Notes under the pieces: generated by a model
Databases searched by the model: none
Told to the model about the DNA's origin: nothing
Seen by the model: the letters and a program-made list of their open reading frames with translations, nothing else
Origin: Spirochaetia bacterium
GTDB taxonomy: Bacteria; Spirochaetota; Spirochaetia; DSM-2461
Assembly: GCA_963666985.2 (NCBI GenBank)
Contig: CAXXIA010000002.1
Span: 32,001 to 96,000 of the forward strand
DNA: 64,000 bases
Direction of reading: 5' to 3'
Translations under genes and position numbers: made by a program
Shown here: piece by piece, positions 10,648 through 20,718 of the stretch
How the letters are laid out: every line of letters begins with the position of its first letter
Position numbering within the stretch: the stretch's first letter is position 1

Positions 10648-11547
10648 ATGAGGAAAGATATATTTTTCAAGCAACTATCATATACTTCCATCGATGAGAA
10701 ATGGGGCATTTATTGTACCGACATCGGAAGTTTTTCTCTTAATAAAAACTCATCGTATTCCGAAGCAATTAACAATTTGCCCCGACATTACGCTATGGAT
10801 TACACAAACGGACGTGAAATCAATGAATACCAAATCGCTTATATAACGGAAGGTTATGGTCTCTATTCATCCGAAAATTTTTCTCAGCATATTAAATCGG
10901 GAACTTTGCTTATTAATTTTCCCGGCAACAAACATAGTTACCGCCCGGACTTCGGATCGATCTGGAAAGAACATTGGATAGGCTTTCGAGGTTATTATCC
11001 GGATCTTTTAAGAAAAAACGGAATTTTAGATGACAACAGTCCGATTATTCATATTGGTTTTGAACAATCCATTCTCTCTTCTTTCGATCTCATAAAGGAA
11101 TATGCGGAAAGAGATGAGAATGATATTCAAAGAAGAATAAGCAATGAAATTATAAAAATGATATCGAATATTTTCGCGCTCAGGATTTCGGAAAAAATCG
11201 GCAATTCCCAAGAGCATATTATTGAAAAAGCAAAATTATTTTTGCATGAAAACATTTACAATACATTAGACATTGAATCAATGACTCATCAGCTCTCAAT
11301 AAATTACAAGTCTCTTATCGAGCTGTTTAAACTTCATACCGACATGACTCCATATCAATATTTTCTTCATTTAAAAATCAGCAAAGCAAAGGAATTGCTT
11401 TCTTTGGGAGAATTGTCGGTAAAAGAGGTTTCATACCGGCTTGAATTTCAAAATCAATACTATTTCTCCCGACTCTTTAAAAAGAAAACCGGAATATCCC
11501 CTTCTCAGTGGGGCAGCGTCACCTCCGCCTCAACGGATGAGTATTAG
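10648..11547 (+). CDS. AraC-family transcriptional regulator
   Basis: Cupin-like N-terminus; C-terminal SVKEVSYRLEFQNQYYFSRLFKKKTGISP HTH; divergent from the ABC operon. Confidence 0.93.
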   Translation: MRKDIFFKQLSYTSIDEKWGIYCTDIGSFSLNKNSSYSEAINNLPRHYAMDYTNGREINEYQIAYITEGYGLYSSENFSQHIKSGTLLINFPGNKHSYRPDFGSIWKEHWIGFRGYYPDLLRKNGILDDNSPIIHIGFEQSILSSFDLIKEYAERDENDIQRRISNEIIKMISNIFALRISEKIGNSQEHIIEKAKLFLHENIYNTLDIESMTHQLSINYKSLIELFKLHTDMTPYQYFLHLKISKAKELLSLGELSVKEVSYRLEFQNQYYFSRLFKKKTGISPSQWGSVTSASTDEY

Positions 11548-11654
11548 CCTCAGGCTTCATATTTTTTGTACGATACAGATTATTCTCACTTGAATTACAA
11601 TATGAAGAAATATGCACGAATGCCGCGGATTGCGCCGGCCCGTAAGGAGAGAAG

Positions 11655-13328
11655 ATGAACGAACGGCAAACGGTCAAATTGATTCCCAATGGCGCCGTCG
11701 TTGAGGTAAAGCACGGAAGCAGAGTCGAAGATGTCCTGGGAAACTCCGGAAACATCGATTCAAAAAGATGTATTGCCGTCAAGGCGAACAACGAATATCG
11801 ATCTCTTTTGGATTTGATAACGGTCGACTGCTCCATAGAACCGATAAGCATCGAAACAACAGCCGGTATGCGCATTTACCGCAATTCTCTCATCCTCCTC
11901 TTCCAGCTCGCGATTCGCGAAGTCCTGCCGGATCGTCATCTGGTTATCGGTCATTCATTGGGACACGGTTTTTTCCACGGAATACGGGATAACGGCCCTC
12001 CGGTTACCGAAAAGGACGCCGAGAACATCGAAAAGACCATGAAGAATCTTGTCGAGCGGAATCTGGAGATTCAGCCGGATGAAATCTCTTGGGCCGACGC
12101 CGTGAAATATTTCGACACCCATCCGTTCCCGTCGACGGCTCTTCTGCTCAGAGAACTCAACGAACCGAGAGTCGGCATCTGGCGATGCTCCGATTCCATG
12201 GTTCTGCGTCATTCTCCCTTGGCCGCCCGAACCGGTGTTCTTTCAATATTCGCCGTGGAAAAATACAATACGGGCTTTCTGCTTCGTTATCCGGCATCCA
12301 AATGTCCCGAAAAGCTCGGAAAAAGAGATGACGAACCGAAGCTTTTCGCCGTCTACAAAGAACACAAAAAATGGGGTGAGATTCTCGAAGTCTCAAACGT
12401 TTCCCAGCTTAATGCCCTCTCCCGCGACAGAAAGAGCGCACGGGATTTCATTCAAACGGCCGAAGCTCTCCACGACAGAAAAATTGCAGAATGCGCCGGT
12501 CTGATCGCCTCGCGAAAAAAAGAAGTCAAAGCGATAATGATTTCAGGTCCCTCTTCTTCGGGAAAAACGACATTTACCAAAAAGCTGGCGTTAAGCTTGA
12601 AATCATCCGGTTTGAAACCTCAAATCATCAGTCTTGACGACTACTATAAAGAACAAAAGGACATTCCTCTGGATGAAGAGGGCAAAATCGATTATGAGGT
12701 TTTGGAAGCCCTGGATCTCGAACTCTTCAACCGGAATCTGGAGGATCTTTTTGCGGGAAAAGAAACGGAGATTCCAATTTTCGATTTCAAAACCGTCGGC
12801 GGCCGCCTGCCGGAAGGCCGTTCGATAAGCCTGGATGACGACGGTATTCTTCTCTTTGAAGGCATTCACGGCCTGAATCCGGCGCTGACTCCGGACATGA
12901 ATCCCCGAAACGCGTTTAAAATCTATATATCGGCTCTGACACAGCTCAATTTGGACGATCACGACCGCATACCCACAACGGACAACCGGCTGATACGGCG
13001 CATCGTCAGGGATCACCAATTCAGAAGATATCCGGCCATCAAAACACTCAAAATTTGGCCTTCGGTCCGCAGAGGCGAAGAGCGTCATATCTTCCCCTAT
13101 CAGGGTTCCGCGGACGTGATGTTCAATTCGGCTTTGGATTACGAACTGGCGGTTCTCAAGGTGTTCGCGGAGCCGCTTTTGCGTACGGTAAGCCCTGAAT
13201 ACCCCGAATACGGAGAAGCGCGAAGACTGATGTCCTTTTTAAGGAACTTTTCGCCCTTCCCCGTGGAAGAAGTACCTGAGTTTTCCATTATCCGGGAATT
13301 CCTCGGACGAAGCGGTTTTCGCTATTGA
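11655..13328 (+). CDS. Nucleoside (uridine) kinase fused to ThrRS-like N-terminal domains
   Basis: TGS/editing-like N-terminus; SGPSSSGKTT P-loop, SLDDYY, EGIHGLN, RLIRRIVRD and FNSALDYE motifs. Confidence 0.9.
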   Translation: MNERQTVKLIPNGAVVEVKHGSRVEDVLGNSGNIDSKRCIAVKANNEYRSLLDLITVDCSIEPISIETTAGMRIYRNSLILLFQLAIREVLPDRHLVIGHSLGHGFFHGIRDNGPPVTEKDAENIEKTMKNLVERNLEIQPDEISWADAVKYFDTHPFPSTALLLRELNEPRVGIWRCSDSMVLRHSPLAARTGVLSIFAVEKYNTGFLLRYPASKCPEKLGKRDDEPKLFAVYKEHKKWGEILEVSNVSQLNALSRDRKSARDFIQTAEALHDRKIAECAGLIASRKKEVKAIMISGPSSSGKTTFTKKLALSLKSSGLKPQIISLDDYYKEQKDIPLDEEGKIDYEVLEALDLELFNRNLEDLFAGKETEIPIFDFKTVGGRLPEGRSISLDDDGILLFEGIHGLNPALTPDMNPRNAFKIYISALTQLNLDDHDRIPTTDNRLIRRIVRDHQFRRYPAIKTLKIWPSVRRGEERHIFPYQGSADVMFNSALDYELAVLKVFAEPLLRTVSPEYPEYGEARRLMSFLRNFSPFPVEEVPEFSIIREFLGRSGFRY

Positions 13329-13546
13329 TTCGCTGTTGAAGAATTAAGAGACCGGCCGTCCGAAACAACCGCGGAAACGGCGGCATCAAAACCCGCCCGA
13401 GATGCCGCGCAAGCGGCCGTGCACGGCCGAGGCCGAAACCCGCAAAGAATACGGACCGCCTGAATGTCCGTGTGAAAACGGCGATCAAGAAATTCTTTAT
13501 CAGGCAAAATTCCAGCCGTGCGGCCGCCTGATGCGGCCGAGGCCCC

Positions 13547-16372
13547 TCAGCGCTCTTCCATTTTCTGAAGCACGGCATCGGCTTCATCATCGCGTCCGGC
13601 CGCCCTGTAGAGTTTCTCGGCTTCTCTGAGGGATCGGGCCGCTATATCGGTTTGATCGGGATAAAGATAGGAGACCGCAAGAAAGGCTTCCGCCGCGGCA
13701 TCGATGTCGCCGTCTTCGGCCAGGGCTTTGGCCATGCCTTCCTGCGCTTCCGCGCCGATCCGTCCCGGAATATCCCGGATGAGCACTTCATAAAGCTGTT
13801 TTGAGCGGGCGAGCCGGCCGTCCATGCGATAACGATGCGCCGTAAGCAGAAGGGCTTCGGCCCTGTCCGCCGAAGCCAAATGTTCATTTTCAGCCGCTTC
13901 TTCCAGAACACTCCTGGATTCGACCGGGATACCGGCAACCCGCGCCCAGGCAAGCATGATCGGAATGGATAGGACATGATTCCGTCCGAAAGTCTTTTCG
14001 GCCAGATTCCGAGCCGAATAGGCCGAATCGGGGTTTCCGAGCAGCCGAAGGCATTCGGCCCAGGAACGCACGGCGGCCCCGGATCTGGGATCGCCGGGAC
14101 GGGAGGTTGCCCAATTGCCGTAACGGAGAGCGGCATTTTCCCAATCACCGTCTTCCTTCGCCGCCAGAGCCGCCCGCAGGCCCGCTCTTTCGGCCGCATC
14201 GGTACCGGGATATTCCGTAACGCAAAGGTCGTACCATGCAGCGGCGCTCCGATAATCTCCGGCACTCATGGCATCTTCGCCCATGCGGAACGGAAGGTCG
14301 GCCGGCAAATCGCTTTTGGGAAATTCAGCCGCCAATCGGCCGGAGATTTCCGCGGCTTCGTCCGTCCGCCCAAGATTCAGAAGCGCCCATGCGGTCTGAT
14401 AAAGAGCTTCTTCCCGCCAGTCTCCGCCGGAAACTTCCAGCGCCTTTTTATAGGCGTCAAGCGCGCTTTCCCAGGCCCCGTCCGATGCCCGGCTCAATCC
14501 GATTCGATACTCCGCTCTGGCGGCCTCTTCTGCCGACGGTGCCAACGCGGCGGCCCGTTCGAATGCGCTGACGGCCTGCTCCCAATTCGATTCCCGGAAC
14601 CATGTCCAGCCGGTAGCGTATGCCGATTCGAACGCCCATTTTCCATCACCGTACCGCATTGCCGCCCCATAAGCGTCGCGAGCTCCCTTAAAGTCGCCCG
14701 CTTCGTATCGGGCTTCTCCGAGATGATAGGCCGCCTCCACTCCCCAGGGACCGGCGGGATCGGTTTCCACCAAAGCGGCGAAATGTTCCTCGGCTTTGCG
14801 GACATCGCCGCTGTTGAGCCTGGCCACGCCGGCCGAATATAAATTCCGCCGGCCGCCCTCGCCTCCCCCGGCACCGCCGGCCAGCCGGGCCGCGTCTTCA
14901 TAATGCTCGGCGGCACGGGCATGTTCCGAGCGCCGCGAATAGACATACCCGATGCGCGCATGGGCCTCCGCGGCGTATGAAGAATTCGGGAACTGCCGGA
15001 CGAGTGCGGCATAATCGGAAAGGGCGGACGTTTCATCACCGTTATCCATGGCGATGTCGCCTCGAAGGAAGAGGTAAGAAGCTCCCCGTTCACCGCCGCC
15101 GTAATCCCGAATCAGATCATCCAGCGCCTCCTTCGCGGCCGTGTTATCACCGTCGTCGCGGCGCCTTTTAACCACCAGCCGAAGAGCTTCTTCCCGTCTC
15201 TCGTCGCCGCGGTTCTCATCGGCGAACCGCGCCAGGATATCGGCGCCGCGTGAATCATCCGAGTGCAGAAGAATGCCGCCCGCCGTCCAGGAAGCATCGG
15301 CCGCGATCCTTCGATCCGGGCCCTTTGCGGCCTTCTCAAGCCAGGGAACGGCAAGATCAATCTCATCGGTACCGATGTAGGTTTGCCCCAGATCGAAGGA
15401 GGCCGCCTGGATTTCAGCCTCGTCCCCGCTTTCCGAAAGAATGTTCCGGTAGGCCGAACGGGCTTCGGCGAGCCGTCCGGTTTTCAGAAAGGAGGCGGCC
15501 CGGAGGCGCATAACGGTCCGTGCCTCCTCATCATCTCCGCCCTTCCATTCCTCATCCCGTAAATCCAAATAAGCAAGAGATTCCTCGGTTTCACCCAATG
15601 CGGCAGCCAGCCGCGCGGCTTCCAGAAGAGCATGAGGACGGTACTCCGATTCATAAATCGACGAAAGAAAATTCCGATAACCGTCGAGGGCCGCGGAGTC
15701 TCTTCCGAGACGCTTCTGAGCCTCGGCGATCCAGTATTCGGCATCCGAAGCCGAGGCCGAAGACGAATATTCATAAGCAAGTTTGCGGAACGAATCCAAA
15801 GCCTCGGCGGGGTTGCCGCCGAGCAGAGCGATTTGGCCCAGCCTGAACATCGCCCGGGCCGAACTTTCGTAATCCGCCGAGGACTCGATCAGGTCCGTAT
15901 AAGCGTTCTTCGCGGCATTCCACTGCTCCAGATTCTCTCGGCAGGCCCCAAGGTATAAGAGGGATCGATCCCGATAGGCAATCTCGTCGGGAAGGGACGA
16001 CTGGCGTTCAAAAGCCGATGCCGCCTCTCGCCATTCACCCGTTTCGTAATACGCCATTCCCTTCCAGTAAGAGGTCCGTCTGTTCCAGGCGGAATCGGGA
16101 TATCGGCGCGAAAAAGATTCCAAAATTTCGATGCAGCGGCCGTACTCGCCGGCGTTGAAATAGGCCACGGCTCCCATGTACGCCGCCGAATCGGCTCTTC
16201 GGTCGTCGGGATACTCGCGAAGAAGCCGTGAGAATTGGGATGCCGCCGTCGGCCAAAGACCGTCGGTAAACGCGCTCCGGCCTCCCGAATAAAGCTGATC
16301 GGCGCTCTGAGCCGTAAGAGCGGCCGCCGAAACAAGAAAAAAGAAAAAACTGATGGCCCGGAACTTCTTCAT
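13547..16372 (-). CDS. Large exported tetratricopeptide-repeat protein (CpoB/BamD-like repeats)
   Basis: Signal peptide; many repeats of the pattern A.Y..G..Y...G.Y..A...F..L...YP. Confidence 0.9.
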   Translation of the reverse strand: MKKFRAISFFFFLVSAAALTAQSADQLYSGGRSAFTDGLWPTAASQFSRLLREYPDDRRADSAAYMGAVAYFNAGEYGRCIEILESFSRRYPDSAWNRRTSYWKGMAYYETGEWREAASAFERQSSLPDEIAYRDRSLLYLGACRENLEQWNAAKNAYTDLIESSADYESSARAMFRLGQIALLGGNPAEALDSFRKLAYEYSSSASASDAEYWIAEAQKRLGRDSAALDGYRNFLSSIYESEYRPHALLEAARLAAALGETEESLAYLDLRDEEWKGGDDEEARTVMRLRAASFLKTGRLAEARSAYRNILSESGDEAEIQAASFDLGQTYIGTDEIDLAVPWLEKAAKGPDRRIAADASWTAGGILLHSDDSRGADILARFADENRGDERREEALRLVVKRRRDDGDNTAAKEALDDLIRDYGGGERGASYLFLRGDIAMDNGDETSALSDYAALVRQFPNSSYAAEAHARIGYVYSRRSEHARAAEHYEDAARLAGGAGGGEGGRRNLYSAGVARLNSGDVRKAEEHFAALVETDPAGPWGVEAAYHLGEARYEAGDFKGARDAYGAAMRYGDGKWAFESAYATGWTWFRESNWEQAVSAFERAAALAPSAEEAARAEYRIGLSRASDGAWESALDAYKKALEVSGGDWREEALYQTAWALLNLGRTDEAAEISGRLAAEFPKSDLPADLPFRMGEDAMSAGDYRSAAAWYDLCVTEYPGTDAAERAGLRAALAAKEDGDWENAALRYGNWATSRPGDPRSGAAVRSWAECLRLLGNPDSAYSARNLAEKTFGRNHVLSIPIMLAWARVAGIPVESRSVLEEAAENEHLASADRAEALLLTAHRYRMDGRLARSKQLYEVLIRDIPGRIGAEAQEGMAKALAEDGDIDAAAEAFLAVSYLYPDQTDIAARSLREAEKLYRAAGRDDEADAVLQKMEER

Positions 16373-16462
16373 AACATCAGCATATCACGCTATCCGAAAG
16401 TACCGCGATAGAGGAGTCTTAAGACTCAATGATGTTCGCTTAAAAAAAGCCTCGGCCGCCGG

Positions 16463-19138
16463 TCAGTTTTCAGCCGGACCTTCGGAAGTGCTTTCGCCTG
16501 AGTCCGCCGCCACACCGGCCGTATCGGCGCCCGCGTCATCGGTCTTTCCATCGGCATTTCCGGCATGGAATCGCGTATCAGGCGCTTCGAGAAGCCGATT
16601 TTCCCGGGAATCCGATTCGGCGGAATCCTTCGGATTCTCCCGTATCTCATCTTCGGGCAGTGCTTTTTTCCGCCGGTTTTTCCGCCGGAAAAAGATATTG
16701 CCGTTTCTCACGTCCGCGGCGACCGAATCACCCTCCTCGAAGCGTCCCTGCAGGATGGCCACCGAGAGAGGATCTTCAATTTCTTTCTGTATGGTGCGGC
16801 GGAGGGGCCGGGCACCGTAAACGGCGTCAAACCCCTTCTCCATCAACACATCCCGCGTCTTCTTATTCACGTCGAGACTGATGCGCAGTTCGGAAAGTCT
16901 TTCGGAGACTTCGATGAGCATGAGGTCCAGTATCTTCATCACATGGTCATATTCCAGACTGTGGAACACAACGATTTCATCAACGCGATTAAGGAATTCG
17001 GGACGGAAAAGACGCTTGAGTTCGGTCATGACCGAAGACTTGATGTCCCGATAATCCCTGGCTCCGCCGCCGGAATTGAATCCGAAGTTTCCGCGGTTGA
17101 TTTCCCTGGCTCCGGCATTGGATGTCATAATCAGTACGGCGTTCCTGAATGAAACCTTGTGCCCGAAACTGTCCTGAAGCTCCCCTTCTTCAAGAACCTG
17201 AAGCAGCAAATTGAACACATCGGCATGCGCCTTCTCAATTTCATCAAGAAGAATCACGGAATACGGCCGCTTCCGAATTTTCTCGGTTAAAAGACCGCCT
17301 TCTTCATAACCGACATAGCCCGGAGGCGCTCCGACCAGCCGCGAAGCATTATGTTTTTCCATGAAGTCGGACATATCCACGCGGATCAAAGCCTCGGGAT
17401 TTCCGAAAAGATACTCGGCCAGACTCTTCGCCAAAAGAGTCTTCCCTACGCCCGTGGGGCCGAGGAAGATAAAAGATCCCAGAGGGCGGGAAGGAGAATT
17501 CAAGCCGGTTCGGGATCGTCTGATGGCCGAAGCGACCGCCGCAATGGCCTCCTCCTGACCGATCACGCCCGTATGCAGTTCCTGCTCGATCTGCAGCAGC
17601 TTATCCGATTCGCTCTTAACGATGCGGACCATGGGAATGCCGGTGTTTTCGGAAACGATCTCCTGGATGTCTTCGGAGGTTATAAGGTTCTTCTCTTCCT
17701 TGAGGGTTTTTTCCCATTCGGCCTTCAGCTCATCGATGCGGAACCGCATCTCGCGCACTTTATCGCGAACTTTGGCGGCGTTCTCGTAATCCTGGGCGTT
17801 GACGAAGGAAATCTTTTCATCCGTGAGTTCCCTGGTTCGGCTTTCAAGATCGCTGATGGCCTCGGGACGAACATTGTTCTGCATTCTCTTGGACGATCCG
17901 GCTTCGTCGATTAAATCGATGGCCTTGTCGGGAAGATGACGTTCGGTAACGTATCTCCCGGCCAGTTCCGCGGCGGCCCTCAAAGATTCTTCGGTATACG
18001 TAACGTTGTGATGATCCTCATAACGTTCTTTAATGCCCAGAAGGATCTGATACGTCTCGTCTATGGAAGGCTCGTCGATAATAACCGATTGGAAGCGCCG
18101 CTCCAGGGCGGCATCCTTTTCGATGTACTTTTTATACTCGTTCATCGTAGTGGCGCCGATGCACTGCAGCTCCCCGCGGCTTAAAGCCGGTTTGAGCATG
18201 TTCGACGCGTCGATGGCGCCCTCGGCGCCGCCCGCGCCGATAATGGTATGAAGCTCATCGATGAAAAGGATGATGTTGCCGGCTTTATCGATTTCCTTAA
18301 TCACCTTTTTCAGACGTTCCTCGAATTCGCCGCGGTACTTGGTTCCGGCCACCAGGGCCGCCAAGTCGAGGCTGACAAGCCTTTTTCCGGAAAAAATGTC
18401 CGGCGAGGTGCCGTTGACGATTTCCTGAGCCAATCCTTCGACAACGGCGGTTTTGCCGACGCCGGGTTCGCCGATGAGAACCGGATTGTTCTTCGTACGC
18501 CGGGCCAGAATCCGCATGACTCGGGAGATTTCCTTACCGCGTCCCACGACCGGATCGAGACTGTTTTTCCGCGCCATTTCCGTCAAATCGCGGGAGAACT
18601 CATCGAGCATGCTCGTCGCCGATTTGGCATCCCCGGCGGATTCCTTCTTAACGAACGAGGGTCTCTCCACTTTCCTCTGGACCGTTCTGGATTTGTCCCG
18701 TTCGCCGTTGATTTCATAAACAATGCCGCGGAGTATGTCGACGGTCACTTTGAACAGCGACAGATAGGAACTTGTCGCGCTTCCGGGTTCACCGGCCGCG
18801 GCCAGAAGAAAATGCTCCGTTCCGATGTATTCGTGATTCAGCGTGGTCGCCTCGTTTGCGGCGTTCTCAAGAAGCATCTTAACGCGGTTCGACGGCGGGA
18901 TTTCCCCCAACTGAAATGAAGATTTGCGCTGAGGAAGTCCTTTTTCCAACTCCGCCGCCATCTCATCGGTGTTGACTCCGAGCCGCTGCAGGCACTTGAA
19001 TGCAACACCGCCCCTCTCTCTGAGAATGGCTAGGACGATATGCTCGCTGAGCAGCTTATCCGCGTGAAAGCGCTTTGCCTCTTCTTTGGCCAACACCGTA
19101 AGAATACGCTGAGCACGCTGGGTTAATCCCTTAATCAT
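16463..19138 (-). CDS. clpC: ATP-dependent Clp protease ATP-binding subunit ClpC
   Basis: Clp N-domain repeats; two Walker A motifs GEPGVGKT and [11 protein letters not shown]-like middle domain ([11 protein letters not shown]); GARPLRR; acidic C-terminal tail. Confidence 0.95.
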   Translation of the reverse strand: MIKGLTQRAQRILTVLAKEEAKRFHADKLLSEHIVLAILRERGGVAFKCLQRLGVNTDEMAAELEKGLPQRKSSFQLGEIPPSNRVKMLLENAANEATTLNHEYIGTEHFLLAAAGEPGSATSSYLSLFKVTVDILRGIVYEINGERDKSRTVQRKVERPSFVKKESAGDAKSATSMLDEFSRDLTEMARKNSLDPVVGRGKEISRVMRILARRTKNNPVLIGEPGVGKTAVVEGLAQEIVNGTSPDIFSGKRLVSLDLAALVAGTKYRGEFEERLKKVIKEIDKAGNIILFIDELHTIIGAGGAEGAIDASNMLKPALSRGELQCIGATTMNEYKKYIEKDAALERRFQSVIIDEPSIDETYQILLGIKERYEDHHNVTYTEESLRAAAELAGRYVTERHLPDKAIDLIDEAGSSKRMQNNVRPEAISDLESRTRELTDEKISFVNAQDYENAAKVRDKVREMRFRIDELKAEWEKTLKEEKNLITSEDIQEIVSENTGIPMVRIVKSESDKLLQIEQELHTGVIGQEEAIAAVASAIRRSRTGLNSPSRPLGSFIFLGPTGVGKTLLAKSLAEYLFGNPEALIRVDMSDFMEKHNASRLVGAPPGYVGYEEGGLLTEKIRKRPYSVILLDEIEKAHADVFNLLLQVLEEGELQDSFGHKVSFRNAVLIMTSNAGAREINRGNFGFNSGGGARDYRDIKSSVMTELKRLFRPEFLNRVDEIVVFHSLEYDHVMKILDLMLIEVSERLSELRISLDVNKKTRDVLMEKGFDAVYGARPLRRTIQKEIEDPLSVAILQGRFEEGDSVAADVRNGNIFFRRKNRRKKALPEDEIRENPKDSAESDSRENRLLEAPDTRFHAGNADGKTDDAGADTAGVAADSGESTSEGPAEN

Positions 19139-19419
19139 TCAAGACTCCTATGGAAATAATACTCAATCACGGGGGAATAGACCAGAAAAGCCAAGAAAAC
19201 TCTCCCTAAAGCCTTTTTCTATTCTCGGCGGCAAATCGGCCGCTCTTACGGAGAACGAACCCTGCGGCGGGTCGATCTGATGAAAAAACCCTCCGAAGCG
19301 GCGCCGTGCCGATGAAAATCAGCGTGATCTTTTCAATACCGCCCTTCTCCGCTTTTAAAAAAGCTTTCACCGGCGGCCTCGGCTTATCAAGAGAGCAGGG
19401 AAGGGCTTCGGTTCATGCC

Positions 19420-19570
19420 TGATGAAAGCGCCGATTCAACGCTTTCATCATTATTGGGAACCTACATCTTCGTAGGTTCAGTAAGAATTATTCCGAATAA
19501 TGAAGGCAAGAGACTGAAGTAAACCAAAAAAATCTTTCCATTTTGCTCGTATTGGTGGAAACTGAACCTA
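19420..19570 (+). promoter_or_regulatory. Structured leader or operator region upstream of the nucleoside ABC operon
   Basis: Perfect inverted repeats at 19420-19430/19440-19450 and 19458-19465/19472-19479; 19473-19482 is also complementary to 19561-19570. Confidence 0.45.
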
Positions 19571-19587
19571 TTAAATTAAAGGAGAAA

Positions 19588-20598
19588 ATGATGAAAAGGA
19601 TCGTTCTTCTGATCATTGTGACCGTTCTTGCCCTTCCGCTCTTTGCCGGCGGCAGTTCCGAGTCCAAAGATTCCGATGTTACCAAGGTTGCTCTGATTCT
19701 TCCCAGTTCCGCGGATGATAAGGGCTGGTGTCAGGCCATGTACGACGCGGCCCTCCGTGTCGCCGAAGCCAGCAACGGGAAACTCGCGGTTGAATACAGT
19801 GAAAACATGCAGCCCGTGGATGCCGGATCCGCCGCACGTCAGTATATAGCCCAGGGCGTTAAATTCCTCGTGTTCCACGGAACACAGTACGGCAATACAA
19901 TCTTGGAAATGGCGGAAGATTTTCCTGATGTAACGTTTATCTTCGGAACCAGCGCCACGATTATGGGCGACAACGTCGTTTCCTATCAGCCGGCCACCGA
20001 AGAACCCGGATACCTTTCGGGAATCATCGCGGGCATGGCGACCAAAACCAACAAAATCGGTATTGTCGGTCCCGTGGACGGCGGCGATGCCGCGCAGTAC
20101 AACAGGGGATATTGGCTGGGCGTTAAATCGGTTAATCCGAACGCCGAAATCGGCGTTGCCCACACCGGGTCCTTCTCCGATTACATTAAAGCCGGTGAAT
20201 TGGCTCATACCTATATCGAAGAAGGTTTCGACATGCTGGCCGGTTCTTCCCAGCAGGGCTTGGGCGCCCTTCAAGCCGTCGCGCAGTATCCGGACAAGGA
20301 TGTTTACTGGATGGGCACCTCGGAAATGCAGTATGACGGCCCCGAAGGATACAAACTTCTGGCCGCCTGCTCTTACTGGTGGGATCCCATCTTCAACGCC
20401 ATTCTTGAGGCCGACAACGGAGGCCCCAAAATGGGCGGAGAAGTTCTCTGGCTGACTCTGGCCAACGGCGGCTTCACGTTCTCGTGGGCCAAGGATAATC
20501 CGATTATTACAAAAGACATCAAATCCGCCGTTGAGAAGGCCAAGAAAGAAATTATCGACGGAACACTGAGCGTCGACTGGAAAAGCGTCGAATACTAA
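19588..20598 (+). CDS. BMP-family (PnrA-like) nucleoside ABC substrate-binding protein
   Basis: Signal peptide ending LFA-GGSS; DKGWCQ, HGTQYG, GYLSGIIAGMATKTNKIG and GSFSD motifs; AAGGAG RBS. Confidence 0.92.
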   Translation: MMKRIVLLIIVTVLALPLFAGGSSESKDSDVTKVALILPSSADDKGWCQAMYDAALRVAEASNGKLAVEYSENMQPVDAGSAARQYIAQGVKFLVFHGTQYGNTILEMAEDFPDVTFIFGTSATIMGDNVVSYQPATEEPGYLSGIIAGMATKTNKIGIVGPVDGGDAAQYNRGYWLGVKSVNPNAEIGVAHTGSFSDYIKAGELAHTYIEEGFDMLAGSSQQGLGALQAVAQYPDKDVYWMGTSEMQYDGPEGYKLLAACSYWWDPIFNAILEADNGGPKMGGEVLWLTLANGGFTFSWAKDNPIITKDIKSAVEKAKKEIIDGTLSVDWKSVEY

Positions 20599-20656
20599 AA
20601 TCATTTCGGAATCCGGCACCGCCTGCTGAGATTCCGATGTATAATAACGCTGATTC

Positions 20657-20684
20657 GCGGGGGAGTTTTATCTCCCCCGCTTTT
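20657..20684 (+). terminator. Intrinsic terminator or attenuator after the BMP gene
   Basis: GCGGGGGAG-TTTTAT-CTCCCCCGC followed by TTTT. Confidence 0.75.
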
Positions 20685-20718
20685 ACAATCTACAGCAGCC
20701 TGCTATGCGGAGCCGGGC

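Noticed and set aside
4305..11570. IS element or att-bounded mobile element around the AT-rich island
   Set aside because: No transposase, integrase, tRNA target or convincing terminal repeats
19383..19460. Canonical SAM-I riboswitch
   Set aside because: Only the opening TTATCAAGAG matches; the GCAACC/GGTGC P3 elements and the closing P1 strand were not found
19576..20619. 347-aa antisense ORF over the BMP gene (likewise 49899-50747, 53198-54100, 59154-60146, 61034-61840)
   Set aside because: Shadow frames expected from GC-rich codon bias; no motifs or RBS
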